Positions 54,036 to 64,000 of a stretch of 64,000 bases of DNA are shown piece after piece. Source of the stretch: Acidimicrobiales bacterium (GTDB taxonomy: Bacteria; Actinomycetota; Acidimicrobiia; Acidimicrobiales; RAAP-2); contig JBBQWW010000009.1 in NCBI GenBank assembly GCA_038210245.1, positions 2,037 to 66,036 of the forward strand. Direction: 5' to 3'. The notes beneath the pieces are model-generated. The model worked only from the letters and a program-made list of their open reading frames with translations, did no database searches and was not told where the DNA came from. The first letter of the stretch is position 1. Each line of letters begins with the position of its first letter. The translations under genes were made by a program, and so were the position numbers.

Positions 54036-54317
54036 GTGCACTTCGGCCCACCCTCAGAGATCTTCGGCGTAGACGGCATCATCATCCTGGTCGTCGTGGT
54101 ACTGGTCCTGTTCGGATCCACTCAGATCCCCAAGCTGGCCCGCTCGCTGGGCTCGGCCCAGAAGGAGTTCAAGAAGGGGCTGGACGAGGGCTCCACCGAC
54201 GACGGGAAGGGCAACGCCGCCGTGGTCCAGGCCACGCCGCCCGCCGCGGTCAGCCCGCCGGTGGCTCCTCCGGCCGTCCAGGTGAACGTCGAGGGCCAGC
54301 CGGGCTCGGCGTCCTGA
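54036..54317 (+). CDS. tatA: Twin-arginine translocase subunit TatA/E
   Basis: GAAGGAG RBS upstream. TM plus hinge IIILVVVVLVLFGSTQIPKLARSLGSAQKEFKKG. Confidence 0.88.
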   Translation: MHFGPPSEIFGVDGIIILVVVVLVLFGSTQIPKLARSLGSAQKEFKKGLDEGSTDDGKGNAAVVQATPPAAVSPPVAPPAVQVNVEGQPGSAS

Positions 54318-54349
54318 CGACCCTCGCGGTCACCCGTCGCTAGGTCGTC

Positions 54350-55111
54350 ATGAGCGAGGGTCCCGCATCCGGCACGAATCCGCCGGCACCTACCACGACC
54401 GGGCGTCGTCGCTGGATCCCCTTCTGGGTGCTCCAGCTCACCGAACTGGTGGTGGCCTTCATCTTCGTGGACATCTCCGTCCACGTGTCCAACAGTGGCC
54501 TGATGGTGGCGGCGGCCATGGCCTTCGCCACCCTGGCCATCACCGCCCACGGCCCACTGGGGATCGTCCGGATCTGTCGTCCCCTGCTCCACCTGACCCT
54601 GTTGATCGCCGCCGCCGCCCTGGTGGCCGTAGCCCCCATCGTCCCGGCCCTGCGCCCGGACATCGAAGGGATCATCGTGGTGGAGTTCGGCGCCATCGGG
54701 CTCATCCGACTGGCTACCCTCACTGACATGCAACCGTCATCCCGCTCCCGCCGTGCGGTCGGATCCCTGAGGTCTGACCCCACCGTCATCGAGGCCACCG
54801 CCGTCGAGGCCACCCGCAACCCGGCCCGGCCCGGCCCGTCGGGCGAGGGCCCGTCCGACCCACCGTCGTCTACCGGGGCCGCCGCTCGCTGGGCCGGACG
54901 GGCCGCCGGGACCGCCTCGGCCTCGAGCCGCCGGGCCATGGCCAAGCACCGTCCCGTCGCTGAGGCCAAGGCGAAGAAGGCCATCCGGGGGGCCGGTCGA
55001 CTCACCGGGAAGGTCACCTCACCGGCCCACGGCGCTCGGTCCGGGGCTCCGGACGACCTCCCGTCCGGCGGCGTGTCGGGCCCCCCTTCCGGCACCACGC
55101 CGGGCAGCTGA
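54350..55111 (+). CDS. Hypothetical membrane protein with a basic disordered C-terminal half
   Basis: 253 aa. 3-4 predicted TM helices in the first 125 aa. High third-position GC. Confidence 0.55.
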   Translation: MSEGPASGTNPPAPTTTGRRRWIPFWVLQLTELVVAFIFVDISVHVSNSGLMVAAAMAFATLAITAHGPLGIVRICRPLLHLTLLIAAAALVAVAPIVPALRPDIEGIIVVEFGAIGLIRLATLTDMQPSSRSRRAVGSLRSDPTVIEATAVEATRNPARPGPSGEGPSDPPSSTGAAARWAGRAAGTASASSRRAMAKHRPVAEAKAKKAIRGAGRLTGKVTSPAHGARSGAPDDLPSGGVSGPPSGTTPGS

Positions 55112-55114
55112 CCG

Positions 55115-56473
55115 GTGGCCCAATCCGCCGGGCCGCCCACCTCGGCCGACGTGCTGGCTCTGGCCGACCGCCTCTGGAACGGTGAGGTCAGCACCGCCGA
55201 CGTCCACCCTTTGCGCCCCGCCGCGGGTATGGCCGAGGTGGCCGACGGCGTGGGGTTCGTCCCGTCCTTCGCCAACGTCTCGGCGGTGAGCACCGACGAC
55301 GGGCTCGTGCTGGTGGACACCGGGAGTGCGTTGATGGCCGCCGACATCCACACCACACTCCGCCGCTGGAACCCCGGTCGCCTGCACACGGCCATCTACT
55401 CCCACGGTCACATCGACCACGTGTTCGGTGTTCCGGTGTGGGCGGCGGAGTCGGCGGTGCAGGGCTGGCCCGACCCGGTGGTGGTGGCCCACGAGGACCT
55501 TCCTGCCCGCTTCGACCGGTACATCAGGACCGCCGGCTACAACGGCATCATCAACCGGCGGCAGTTCAACATCGACTCCCTCCAGTGGCCCACCGAGTAC
55601 CGCTATCCGGACCGTACCTACCGGGACCACCTCGACCTCGACATCGGCGGCACACGGGCCGAACTCCATCACGCCAAGGGGGAGACGGACGACCACACCT
55701 GGACGTGGTTCCCCGAGTCGAAGGTGCTGTGCTGCGGCGACCTGTTCATCTGGGCGTCGCCCAACGCCGGGAACCCCCAGAAGGTCCAGCGCTATCCCCT
55801 GGAGTGGGCCGATGCCCTCCGCCAGATGCTGGCCCTCTACGACGGCCCGGCTGGTGCCGCCGCCGGTCCCGAGGTGCTCCTGCCCGGACACGGCTTTCCC
55901 GTGGTGGGGCGGGATCGTGTCACCCAGGTGCTCACCGACACGGCCGATCTCCTCGAGTCCCTGGTGAACCAGACCCTGGCCCTCATGAACGGCGGAGCCA
56001 GGCTGGACGAGGTCATCCACACGGTGACCCCGCCAGCCCACCTGATGGAGCGCCCCTATCTGCAGCCGGTCTACGACGAGCCCGAGTTCGTGGTCCGCAC
56101 CGTGTGGCGGCTCTACGGCGGATGGTGGGACGGCAATCCGGCCACCCTCAAGCCGGCCCCGGAGCGGGCCCTGGCCCTCGAACTGGCCGAACTGGCCGGG
56201 GGGGCAGGCGCCCTGGCCGACCGGGCGCTGGCGCTGCTAGGCCGCGGCGACCCCGGATCTGCCCCCGAGACCGCCACGGAGACCGCCCTCCGGCTGGCTG
56301 GACACCTGGCCGAGCTGGCCTGGCTGGCCGCTCCCGACGATCCGGGGGTACAGGAGGTACGGCGCACCGTGTTCACCCAACGGGCCGACGCGGCGTCGTC
56401 CACCATGGCCAACGGGGTGTTCTCGTGGGCCGCACGGGAGTCCGGGGAGGGGCGGTCCCGGCCCGCCGGCTGA
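55115..56473 (+). CDS. MBL-fold metallo-hydrolase, alkyl/aryl-sulfatase-like (no SCP-2 domain)
   Basis: 452 aa. HGHIDHVFG (HxHxDH) is present, followed by a dimerisation-like helical region. Confidence 0.7.
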   Translation: MAQSAGPPTSADVLALADRLWNGEVSTADVHPLRPAAGMAEVADGVGFVPSFANVSAVSTDDGLVLVDTGSALMAADIHTTLRRWNPGRLHTAIYSHGHIDHVFGVPVWAAESAVQGWPDPVVVAHEDLPARFDRYIRTAGYNGIINRRQFNIDSLQWPTEYRYPDRTYRDHLDLDIGGTRAELHHAKGETDDHTWTWFPESKVLCCGDLFIWASPNAGNPQKVQRYPLEWADALRQMLALYDGPAGAAAGPEVLLPGHGFPVVGRDRVTQVLTDTADLLESLVNQTLALMNGGARLDEVIHTVTPPAHLMERPYLQPVYDEPEFVVRTVWRLYGGWWDGNPATLKPAPERALALELAELAGGAGALADRALALLGRGDPGSAPETATETALRLAGHLAELAWLAAPDDPGVQEVRRTVFTQRADAASSTMANGVFSWAARESGEGRSRPAG

Positions 56474-56564
56474 ACGCCGGGCCCGGGTGGTCGTGGCCAC
56501 CCTTCTGAACTGGGAGTTCGTGGCGCCCGAAACAAGTCGGATCTGAACTTCTACTTCCGGCTCC

Positions 56565-57557
56565 GTGCCCACTAGTGTCATCGCCGTGAACGCATTCACA
56601 ACCCGGTCCCGACGTCCCGCACAGGGAGACCACCCGCCCGTGCCCACCACCGGATCCGGGAGCACCGGCCCGACCCCCAGGCGACACTGGGGCCACTGGG
56701 CCGCCGGCCTGGCCGTGGCCGCTCCCCTCGTCCTCGGCGGCTGTGACTTCTACCCCACCTACGGCGCCAGCCGGGGCGTGACCAAGCAGGGCCAGGACAC
56801 CTTCAAGCTCTACTCGGGGATGATGACCATAGGCGTCATCGTGGGCGGCCTGGTCTGCCTCCTGATCCTCTGGACCATCTTCCGGTACCGGAGGCGCTCC
56901 GACGAGATGCCCCGTCAATTCAACGAGAGCATCCCCCTCGAGGTCATCTACACGATGGTACCGATCCTGATCGTGGCCGTCCTCTTCCTGTTCACCGTGC
57001 TCACGGAGAACAACGTCGACGCCACGGTGTCACCGAGCGCCAGGTTTACCTCGACCGGGACCCCGGTGGTGCAGGTCCGGGTGACCGCCTTCCAGTGGGG
57101 CTGGCGCTTCGACTATCCCGGACTCAATGTCGGCGTGGCCGGCGAGACCACCAACGGCCCCAACAACCACGGACCCCAGATGGTGGTGCCGGTCGGCCAG
57201 ACCGTGCAGATCACCCTGGTGTCCGAAGATGTCATCCACGGCTTCTACCTGCGGGACTTCAACTTCAGCCGGTACGCCCTGCCCGGGGTGACCAACTACT
57301 TTGACTTCAATGTGCTCCACGCCGGCACCTACGACGGGCAGTGCACCCAGATCTGCGGGCTCTACCACTCCGAGATGCTGTTCAGCGTGCGGGCGGTGAG
57401 CCCGTTGGCCTTCCACGCCTGGGCCAGCGCCCAGGTAGCGTCGGGCCACACCCTGCAGCGGAGCGGCACGTCGGCTTCCAACATCCCGCCCAGGGACACC
57501 ACCGTCTACCCCTCTGATGCACTTCCCTCGCCCTCCTCGGCCAAAGGATCCGCATGA
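56565..57557 (+). CDS. ctaC: Cytochrome c oxidase subunit II
   Basis: Lipobox-like LVLGGCDF and two TM helices. CuA site HGFY...[12 protein letters not shown]. The start is uncertain (alternative GTG at 56640). Confidence 0.9.
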   Translation: MPTSVIAVNAFTTRSRRPAQGDHPPVPTTGSGSTGPTPRRHWGHWAAGLAVAAPLVLGGCDFYPTYGASRGVTKQGQDTFKLYSGMMTIGVIVGGLVCLLILWTIFRYRRRSDEMPRQFNESIPLEVIYTMVPILIVAVLFLFTVLTENNVDATVSPSARFTSTGTPVVQVRVTAFQWGWRFDYPGLNVGVAGETTNGPNNHGPQMVVPVGQTVQITLVSEDVIHGFYLRDFNFSRYALPGVTNYFDFNVLHAGTYDGQCTQICGLYHSEMLFSVRAVSPLAFHAWASAQVASGHTLQRSGTSASNIPPRDTTVYPSDALPSPSSAKGSA

Positions 57558-59323
57558 CCACCACCATCGAGCCACCTGACCTGGTCACCCCCGAAGAGCC
57601 CAGAGGCCCCGACGGTCACACCCCGGGCCTCGACCACGAGCACGGGGACCACGACCACCACCAGGGCCCGACCGGACTGCTCAACTGGCTGACCTCCACC
57701 GACCACAAAGTGATCGGCAAGAGCTACATGATCACCTCGCTGGTGATCTTCTTCATCGCCGGCATCATGGCCCTGGTCCTCCGGACCCAGCTGGCCGATC
57801 CCACCTCGTCACTGGTCTCGTTCCAGACCTACAACGAGCTGTTCACCATGCACGGCAGCCTGATGCTCTACCTGTTCGCCGGACCGTTCGCTTTCGGTGG
57901 CCTGGCCAACTTCATCGTGCCGCTCCAGGTGGGCGCCCCCGACATGGCCTTCCCCCGCCTCAACGCCCTCTCCTACTGGCTGTACCTGAGCGGGTCCATC
58001 GTGATGCTGTCGGGCTTTCTGGTGGCCGGCGGAGCGGCCAGCTACGGATGGGTGGCCTACGCACCACTGTCCAACGCCATCAACTCCCCGGGCGCCGGCG
58101 CCGACCTGTGGCTGATGGCCCTGGGCCTCACCGGGTTCTCGGCCATCTTCACCGGGGTGAATCTGGCCGCCACCATCTTCTACCTAAGGGCCCCGGGCAT
58201 GACCATGTTCCGGGTGCCCATCTTCTCGTGGAACATGCTGGTGACCGGCATCCTGATCCTCATCGCCTTCCCCGTGCTGTTCGGAGCGGTGGTCATGCTG
58301 TTCTGCGACCGCCACTTCGGCACCCATATCTTCACCGTGCAGGGCGGCGGGGTGCCCGTACTGTGGCAGCACCTGTTCTGGTTCTTCGGGCACCCGGAGG
58401 TGTACATCCTGGCCCTGCCCTTCTTCGGCATAGTCACCGACATCATCCCGGTGTTCTCCCGCAAGCCCCTGTTCGGCTACAAGGGCATGGTCTTCGCCAC
58501 CATGTCCATCGCCGCTCTGTCCACCGGGGTGTGGGCTCACCATATGTTCACTACGGGCGTGGTGCTGCTGCCCTTCTTCTCCCTGCTCTCCTACCTGATC
58601 GCTGTGCCCACCGGCATCAAGTTCTTCAACTGGATCGGGACGATGTGGGGCGGCCAGCTGAGCTTCCAGACCCCGATGCTCTTCTCCATCGGCTTTCTTT
58701 TCGCCTTCCTGATGGGTGGCGTGACCGGGGTGCTCCTGGCTTCGCCGCCGGTGGACTTCATGACCCATGACACCTACTACGTGGTGGCCCACTTCCACCA
58801 GGTGCTCATCGGCACCACGGTGTTCGGCGGGTTTGCCGGGTTCTACTTCTGGTATCCGAAGATGTTCGGCCGCATGCTCAACGAACGACTGGGCAAACTT
58901 CACTTCTGGGGTCTGTTCATCGGATTCTGGGTGACCTTCATGCCCCAGTACCTGGTGGGCCTGTACGGGATGCCCCGCCGGGTGGCCGACTACCTGCCCT
59001 CCAACGGATGGACCACCCTCAACGTGATCTCGACGGTGGGGGCTTTCATCATCGCGGTCTCGTTCCTCTTCTTCCTGGCCAACCTGTGGATCTCGTGGCG
59101 CAAGCCGATCCCGGCCGGGGACAATCCGTGGGACGGCCACGCCCTGGAGTGGTTCACCTCGTCACCGCCGCCGCACCACAACTACACCCACCTTCCCCCC
59201 ATCCGGTCGGAACGGCCGACGTGGGACGCCAACCACCCTGAGCACCGCACCATCCACCGGCCGCCGAAGCACCGCCCGGCCGCCCCGGCGGACGAGGCCG
59301 AGACCGTGGGAGCCAGCTCGTGA
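57554..59323 (+). CDS. ctaD: Cytochrome c oxidase subunit I
   Basis: 589 aa. [15 protein letters not shown] and the 12-TM pattern are present. ATGA overlap with ctaC. Confidence 0.95.
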   Translation: MTTTIEPPDLVTPEEPRGPDGHTPGLDHEHGDHDHHQGPTGLLNWLTSTDHKVIGKSYMITSLVIFFIAGIMALVLRTQLADPTSSLVSFQTYNELFTMHGSLMLYLFAGPFAFGGLANFIVPLQVGAPDMAFPRLNALSYWLYLSGSIVMLSGFLVAGGAASYGWVAYAPLSNAINSPGAGADLWLMALGLTGFSAIFTGVNLAATIFYLRAPGMTMFRVPIFSWNMLVTGILILIAFPVLFGAVVMLFCDRHFGTHIFTVQGGGVPVLWQHLFWFFGHPEVYILALPFFGIVTDIIPVFSRKPLFGYKGMVFATMSIAALSTGVWAHHMFTTGVVLLPFFSLLSYLIAVPTGIKFFNWIGTMWGGQLSFQTPMLFSIGFLFAFLMGGVTGVLLASPPVDFMTHDTYYVVAHFHQVLIGTTVFGGFAGFYFWYPKMFGRMLNERLGKLHFWGLFIGFWVTFMPQYLVGLYGMPRRVADYLPSNGWTTLNVISTVGAFIIAVSFLFFLANLWISWRKPIPAGDNPWDGHALEWFTSSPPPHHNYTHLPPIRSERPTWDANHPEHRTIHRPPKHRPAAPADEAETVGASS

Positions 59324-59712
59324 GGGTCGACGGGTGGTTCCTGGCCGCCATCGGCGTGTTCTTCGGCGTCATCGGGATCGTCTACTGGTTCACCAGCTAC
59401 GAGGATGCCGGCTTCCTGATGCTGATGGGCGCAATGCTGCTGGGCATCCTCCCCGGCTCGTACTACCTGTGGTGGTCGTTCAAGATGAAGCCGCAGCCCG
59501 ACGACGACCCCAACGCCGAGATGTCCGAGGGGGCGGGAACCATCGACTCCTTCCCGGGCTCCAGCATCTGGCCGTTCGTCCTGGGCATGGGGGCCATGTT
59601 CACCGTGCTGACCTTCGTGTTCGGTCTCTGGCTGGCCCCGATCGGCGGTGCCCTGATCCTGTCGGCGGCCATCGGGGGCACCATGGAGAGCCGTCGCGGC
59701 GGGGCCGTCTGA
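59320..59712 (+). CDS. ctaF: Cytochrome c oxidase subunit IV (actinobacterial CtaF type)
   Basis: 130 aa with 4 TM helices. GTGA overlap with ctaD. Confidence 0.75.
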   Translation: MRVDGWFLAAIGVFFGVIGIVYWFTSYEDAGFLMLMGAMLLGILPGSYYLWWSFKMKPQPDDDPNAEMSEGAGTIDSFPGSSIWPFVLGMGAMFTVLTFVFGLWLAPIGGALILSAAIGGTMESRRGGAV

Positions 59713-59727
59713 ACGGTCCTCCCCGGT

Positions 59728-59742
59728 CGGCCCGTTGGGCCG
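59728..59742 (+). terminator. Short GC hairpin after ctaF
   Basis: CGGCCC-gtt-GGGCCG, 16 nt after the stop codon, in a convergent gap with the DegV gene. No U-tract. Confidence 0.3.
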
Positions 59743-59804
59743 GCCTGAGCCCCATTCCGGCCCCCCCGGCCGACCTCGGGGCTGACCGGAGCCTGGCTAC
59801 GGGG

Positions 59805-60647
59805 CTAGCCGGCGTCGACCCACGTCACCCCGATGATCCCAGCCCCACCGTGGGAGCCGATGACCGCACCCAGCTCCCCGACCCGGATGGCGGTACGGGG
59901 AAAGCGGGAGGCGATCAGGCCGAGGAACTGATCGAGATCGGACGCTCCCCCGTGCATCACGGCCACCAGCTCGATGTCGCCGGCCCCGAGGAGGCGTTCG
60001 GCCAAGAGCTGGAGGACCTTGGTCCGGGTCCGGGCCCGACCGGCCTCGGACACCACTCCCCCGGTGACGTCGATGAGGGGCTTGATGGACAGTACCGACG
60101 CCATCAGGGCCTTGGCCCCGCCGATCCGGCCACCCTTCTTCAGGTTCTCCAACGTGTTGAGGGCAGCCAGGACGTGGGTCCGGTCCACCAGCCGGTGGAC
60201 CCGGTCGAGCACGGCATCCACATCGGCGCCGTCCCGGGCCCGTCGGGCCGCCTCCAACACCATGGTGCCCAACCCGCTCGAGACCGACTTGCTGTCGACC
60301 ACGTGCACCGGCACCCGGCCGTCGAAGCCGGCCGCCGCCGTGAGCGCCGACTGGGCGGTGTTGGACAGGTCGCCGGAGATGGTGACGCACACCACCGCCT
60401 CGGCACCGGCCTCCTCGGCCCTCCGGAAGGCCCCGGCGAAGGCCCCGGGCGACGGGCAGGCCGTCTGGGGCAGCTCCTCCTCGGTGGCCATCCGGGCGTA
60501 GAACTCCTCGACGCTCAGATTCTTCCGGTCGGTGAACTCCTCGTCCCCGAACCGGATGGTGAGGGGCACGATCTCGACGTCGTAGGGCTCGATCTCGTCG
60601 GCGACCAGGTCACTCGAGCTGTCGGTCACTAGGAAGACGCCAGGCAT
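59805..60647 (-). CDS. DegV-family fatty-acid-binding protein
   Basis: 280 aa. VTDSSSDL at the N-terminus, SGDLSNT, and GAGIIGV near the C-terminus. Confidence 0.88.
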   Translation of the reverse strand: MPGVFLVTDSSSDLVADEIEPYDVEIVPLTIRFGDEEFTDRKNLSVEEFYARMATEEELPQTACPSPGAFAGAFRRAEEAGAEAVVCVTISGDLSNTAQSALTAAAGFDGRVPVHVVDSKSVSSGLGTMVLEAARRARDGADVDAVLDRVHRLVDRTHVLAALNTLENLKKGGRIGGAKALMASVLSIKPLIDVTGGVVSEAGRARTRTKVLQLLAERLLGAGDIELVAVMHGGASDLDQFLGLIASRFPRTAIRVGELGAVIGSHGGAGIIGVTWVDAG

Positions 60648-60850
60648 GAGTAGATGCTCCTCGCACGTAGAGGCCCGGGGAGCTCCGCCCCTGGGTTCGG
60701 ACCCACAAAATCTGACACCGCTGGAGCGTCCACGCCAATCGGACGGCCGGAGGCGATTGACCCTACCGCAGGGCCTCCCCTACAGTCTTCCCCTGATGAA
60801 GGGGTACGGGGTCCGCGGTCTCACCCCGTTCTCCCCCTGCCCCTGATTCC

Positions 60851-62746
60851 GTGTCGATCGTCGACCAGGCTCCGGCCACCGCTCCCGAGGTGCCCCGACG
60901 GGACCAGCCGGCCCACCGAGCCGATCGCCGCCGGCGGTGGCCCGCCGTGGCCGCAGCCGTGGCCGTCACCCTGGTGGCCCTGGCTCCCATCATCTGCGTC
61001 CTGCTCCAGCGATGGGGCCGCGTCTACATACCCGTCGGCGACCAGGCCATCTTGGACCTCCGGGTGCGGGACGTCTGGACCTTCTCGTCCGACACCCCCC
61101 TGACCGGGCCCTACAGCCGGTTCGGATGGAACCACCCCGGACCCACCATGTACTACCTGGTGGCCCTGTTCTCGGGGGTGGCCGGCCAACCGGCCTGGGC
61201 GTCCCTCGTCGGCAACGTGCTGCTGCAGGGCGTGGCCGTGGTGTGGACCGCCCGGCTGTCGTGGAAGTCGGGGGGGCTCCGGTGGATGATCCCCTGGCTG
61301 GCCGTCATCACCCTGTCCTACTGGGCCACCGGGCCGTGGATCTTCCAGCAGCTGTGGAACCCCTACCTACCCTTCCCGTTCTTCACCCTCCTCCTCCTGC
61401 AGGCCTGGGTGGTGGGCTCGGGGGACGGGAGGCGACTGGTGGGCATGGCCTTCGTCGGATCGTTCCTGGTCCAGACCCACGTGGGCTACGCCCTGCCGGT
61501 GGTGGCCGTCACCCTGTGGGCCGTGGCCCGGCTGCTGGTGGCCGAGCACCGGTCCGATCGGAGCGCCCGACGCTGGTCGCTGTGGTGGCCGCCCCTGCTG
61601 GTCCTGGCCGGGCTGTGGTTCGTCCCCCTGGTGGTCGACACCGTCCGGCACTGGCCGGGCAACACCGTCCGGCTCGTCCAGTTCTACCTCGGTCTGGGCC
61701 CCGACCCGCACCTCCCCTACCTGGGCCTCCACCACGCCCTCGGCTATCTGGGCACCGAGTTCCGCTGGCGGCCCCCGTGGCTCGGCGGGCCCGATCCCGT
61801 GGACCGGTTCAGCGCCCTGACCTCGCCCTCGTCCCTGGCCTGGCTGGCGGTCCCGGTGGTCCTCATCGGAGCCAGTTGGGGGCTGGCCCGCTGGCGGCGC
61901 CGTCCCGAGCTGACCGCCCTGGCCGAGCTGCTGGCCGTGGCCGTGGTGGCCGGGGCGCTGACCTTGGCCGTGCTCACCGGGCCGGCCTTTCCCTACCTCT
62001 TCTTCTGGCGCATCCCCATCGGAAGCGCCACCGTGGTGCTGAGCGTGGTGGTGCTGGTGGAGACGCTGCCGGGAAGGGGCCGACGGGCCACGGTCATCGT
62101 GGGCTGCGTCCTGGCCGCCATCACCGCCCTGGCCTCGGTCAGCTTCACCCGGACGGTGGCGGCCGCCAATGGACCGGTGGCCCCCATGGAGCCGTCGGCG
62201 GCATCCATCCTCGGCCAGCTGCAACGGGAGGGCCAGCCCCACGGACCGGTGTTGGTGCGCTTCTCCGGCTCTCCCCTGGGTGGGCTCCATGCCGCCGTGG
62301 TCGACCAGTTGGCCCGCCAGGGAAGGCCCGTCTACGTGGACCGGGGCCTGGGCTACCAGTTCGGGTACACCCGGACAGCGGTACCGGCCGACGTCGGGGA
62401 GGTCTGGTACGTCACCGAGGAGAGCGAGCTCTACAGCCTCATCTCCCGGGCCCCGGGCGCCCAGGTGCTGGCCGTGACCCATCCCCTGCCCCCGGGCCCA
62501 CAGGCCGAGCTGGTGGCCCTCCAGCGCAAGCTCTCGGACCAGATGACCGCGGCCGGCCACGCCGACGACGTGGGCTACCTGTTCAGCGAGTACGTGGTCA
62601 CCGCCCTGTCCGGGATCCCCGGACTGTCCCGGGCCGACCTCGAACGACTGCAGGCCCTCAACACGGTCGTGGTCGACCACACCTGCCTGTGCTCGGTCAT
62701 CGCCTTCCCCTCCGACCGGATCCCGTCCTTCCTCACGTCCAAGTAG
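60851..62746 (+). CDS. Large polytopic membrane protein (possible GT-C-type glycosyltransferase; function uncertain)
   Basis: 631 aa with at least 10 TM helices. There is an acidic first loop (GDQAILDLRVRD) and a C-terminal soluble domain of about 170 aa. Confidence 0.6.
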   Translation: MSIVDQAPATAPEVPRRDQPAHRADRRRRWPAVAAAVAVTLVALAPIICVLLQRWGRVYIPVGDQAILDLRVRDVWTFSSDTPLTGPYSRFGWNHPGPTMYYLVALFSGVAGQPAWASLVGNVLLQGVAVVWTARLSWKSGGLRWMIPWLAVITLSYWATGPWIFQQLWNPYLPFPFFTLLLLQAWVVGSGDGRRLVGMAFVGSFLVQTHVGYALPVVAVTLWAVARLLVAEHRSDRSARRWSLWWPPLLVLAGLWFVPLVVDTVRHWPGNTVRLVQFYLGLGPDPHLPYLGLHHALGYLGTEFRWRPPWLGGPDPVDRFSALTSPSSLAWLAVPVVLIGASWGLARWRRRPELTALAELLAVAVVAGALTLAVLTGPAFPYLFFWRIPIGSATVVLSVVVLVETLPGRGRRATVIVGCVLAAITALASVSFTRTVAAANGPVAPMEPSAASILGQLQREGQPHGPVLVRFSGSPLGGLHAAVVDQLARQGRPVYVDRGLGYQFGYTRTAVPADVGEVWYVTEESELYSLISRAPGAQVLAVTHPLPPGPQAELVALQRKLSDQMTAAGHADDVGYLFSEYVVTALSGIPGLSRADLERLQALNTVVVDHTCLCSVIAFPSDRIPSFLTSK

Positions 62747-62781
62747 GGCCGGGGCCCACCCCCGGCCGGGACGAGGCCACG

Positions 62782-64000
62782 CTACGCAGGGCGGGAGCCG
62801 GTGGTGATGTCGACGTCGCCCGGTGTTTGGGCCTGGGCGTGAGCGTCGATCAGCAGGGCCAGGGAGGCGGTGACCCGCTCAGCCGTGGGCAGGTGGAGCC
62901 CTTCGTCGGGACCGTGGGCATTGGCACCCGGGCCGAGCACGCCCAGGGCCAGCAGGTGGGCCTCGGGAAACCGGTCGGCCAGCCAGCCCATGAAGGGGAT
63001 GGTCCCGCCCTCGCCCAACTGGCCGTAGGACGGACCGAAGCAGGCGGTCGAGGCGCGGTCGAGGGCGGCGTCCATCCATGGGGCCGGCGGTCGGGCCGCC
63101 CATCCGGCCGCCGGTGGCTCGGCCTCCCAGGTCACCGAGGCCCCATAGGGCGGATCGGAGGTGAAGGCCCGGGCCACCGCGGCGGCGGCCGCTCCGGCGT
63201 CGGCGGTGGGCGGGAGACGGATGGCCAACTTCACCGAGGTGAGGGGGCGCAGGACCGCCCCGGCCTCGGCCGTGGGGGGCAGGCCGTCGGCCCCCACCAC
63301 GGCCACCGAGGCCCGCCAGGCCTGGCGCAAGGCCTGCTCAGCGGCGTCCCTGCCCTGGAGCTGGAGTCGGCCGACCACAGGAAAGGGCGGTCCGCTGGAG
63401 CCGGCGGCCCCGAGCGCCCCGGCCAAGTGGTCGGCGGCGGCGGCCGCACCGGGCGGAAGGTCGACCACGAGCTCGGGGAGCCGGAGGTCGCCGGTGGCGA
63501 CGTCCTCGATCCGGTCCAGCAGCAGCCGGAGGATCCGGAAGGACGAGGGCACCACCGCCCCGGCCGAGCCGCTGTGCACCCCGTGGTCCAGCACCCGCAC
63601 GGTGAGGGTGCCCACCAGGGCTCCACGGAGCGAGGTGGTCACCCACAGGCGGTCGTAGGTGGCACAGCCCGAATCGAGGGCCAGCACCACGTCGGGCGTG
63701 CCGATCCGGTCGGCCAGATGGGACAGGACGGCCTGCAGGTGGGGGCTGCCGCTCTCCTCCGACCCTTCGGCCACCACCAGACAGCGGGCATGCCGGCCGC
63801 CCCCGGCCCGGACCGCCTCCAGGGCCAGCAGGGCCGAGGGCAGGGCGTACCCGTCGTCGGCCACTCCCCGGGCGTAGAGCCACTCCCCTTCGACCACCGG
63901 GGCCCAGGGCCCTCGGCCGGCGGTCCATCCCTCGAACGGTGGCTGCTTGTCGTAGTGGCCGTAGATGAGGACGGTCCCGGTGGCGTCGGGATCGGTGGCG
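62782..64000 (-). CDS. M20/M25/M40-family metallopeptidase (dipeptidase-like), 5' end outside the window
   Basis: The frame stays open past the track's GTG at 63897 to the window edge (...TVLIYGHYDKQPPFEGW...GEWLYARG). Motifs EGSEESGSP and GPGANAHGPDE are present. Confidence 0.85.
   Translation of the reverse strand, partial: ATDPDATGTVLIYGHYDKQPPFEGWTAGRGPWAPVVEGEWLYARGVADDGYALPSALLALEAVRAGGGRHARCLVVAEGSEESGSPHLQAVLSHLADRIGTPDVVLALDSGCATYDRLWVTTSLRGALVGTLTVRVLDHGVHSGSAGAVVPSSFRILRLLLDRIEDVATGDLRLPELVVDLPPGAAAAADHLAGALGAAGSSGPPFPVVGRLQLQGRDAAEQALRQAWRASVAVVGADGLPPTAEAGAVLRPLTSVKLAIRLPPTADAGAAAAAVARAFTSDPPYGASVTWEAEPPAAGWAARPPAPWMDAALDRASTACFGPSYGQLGEGGTIPFMGWLADRFPEAHLLALGVLGPGANAHGPDEGLHLPTAERVTASLALLIDAHAQAQTPGDVDITTGSRPA

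Overview
This is a high-GC, densely coding chromosomal segment (roughly 68-70% GC by eye). It looks actinobacterial: it carries CtaF-type oxidase subunit IV, an LLM/F420-type oxidoreductase, TatA and a YacL-like PIN/TRAM protein. An Acidimicrobiia-like origin is my guess only. I support 53 protein genes and one tRNA-Ala(CGC). I saw no rRNA, CRISPR array, transposase or integrase. Housekeeping blocks are pntAA-pntAB-pntB, ctaC-ctaD-ctaF and tatA. The largest theme is lipid or alicyclic-acid catabolism. It comprises an SDR divergent from echA-ipdA-ipdB-ipdC-like genes, a P450, two thiolases, two long/short acyl-CoA dehydrogenase pairs, two enoyl-CoA hydratases, two nitronate-monooxygenase-type flavoenzymes, two amidohydrolases, an LLM oxidoreductase and an aldehyde dehydrogenase. 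The observations I rate highest are these. (1) A 15-bp dyad, CTGACG-N3-CGTCAG, recurs in five promoter regions of these scattered catabolic genes, which suggests one undescribed regulon. (2) Three secreted paralogues are built from a 42-aa repeat (probably a six-bladed propeller), each fused to a different module: IPT/TIG, CHAP amidase or CAP/SCP. (3) An AbiEii-type toxin gene abuts the 3' end of the tRNA at the left window edge. (4) A sphingosine-1-phosphate-lyase-like PLP enzyme sits between two exporters. (5) An orphan ketosynthase lies behind an AT-rich, repeat-bearing control region. All functional calls come from motif recognition and gene order by eye. No database search was possible. 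Many long ORFs in the six-frame track are high-GC shadow frames and were rejected.
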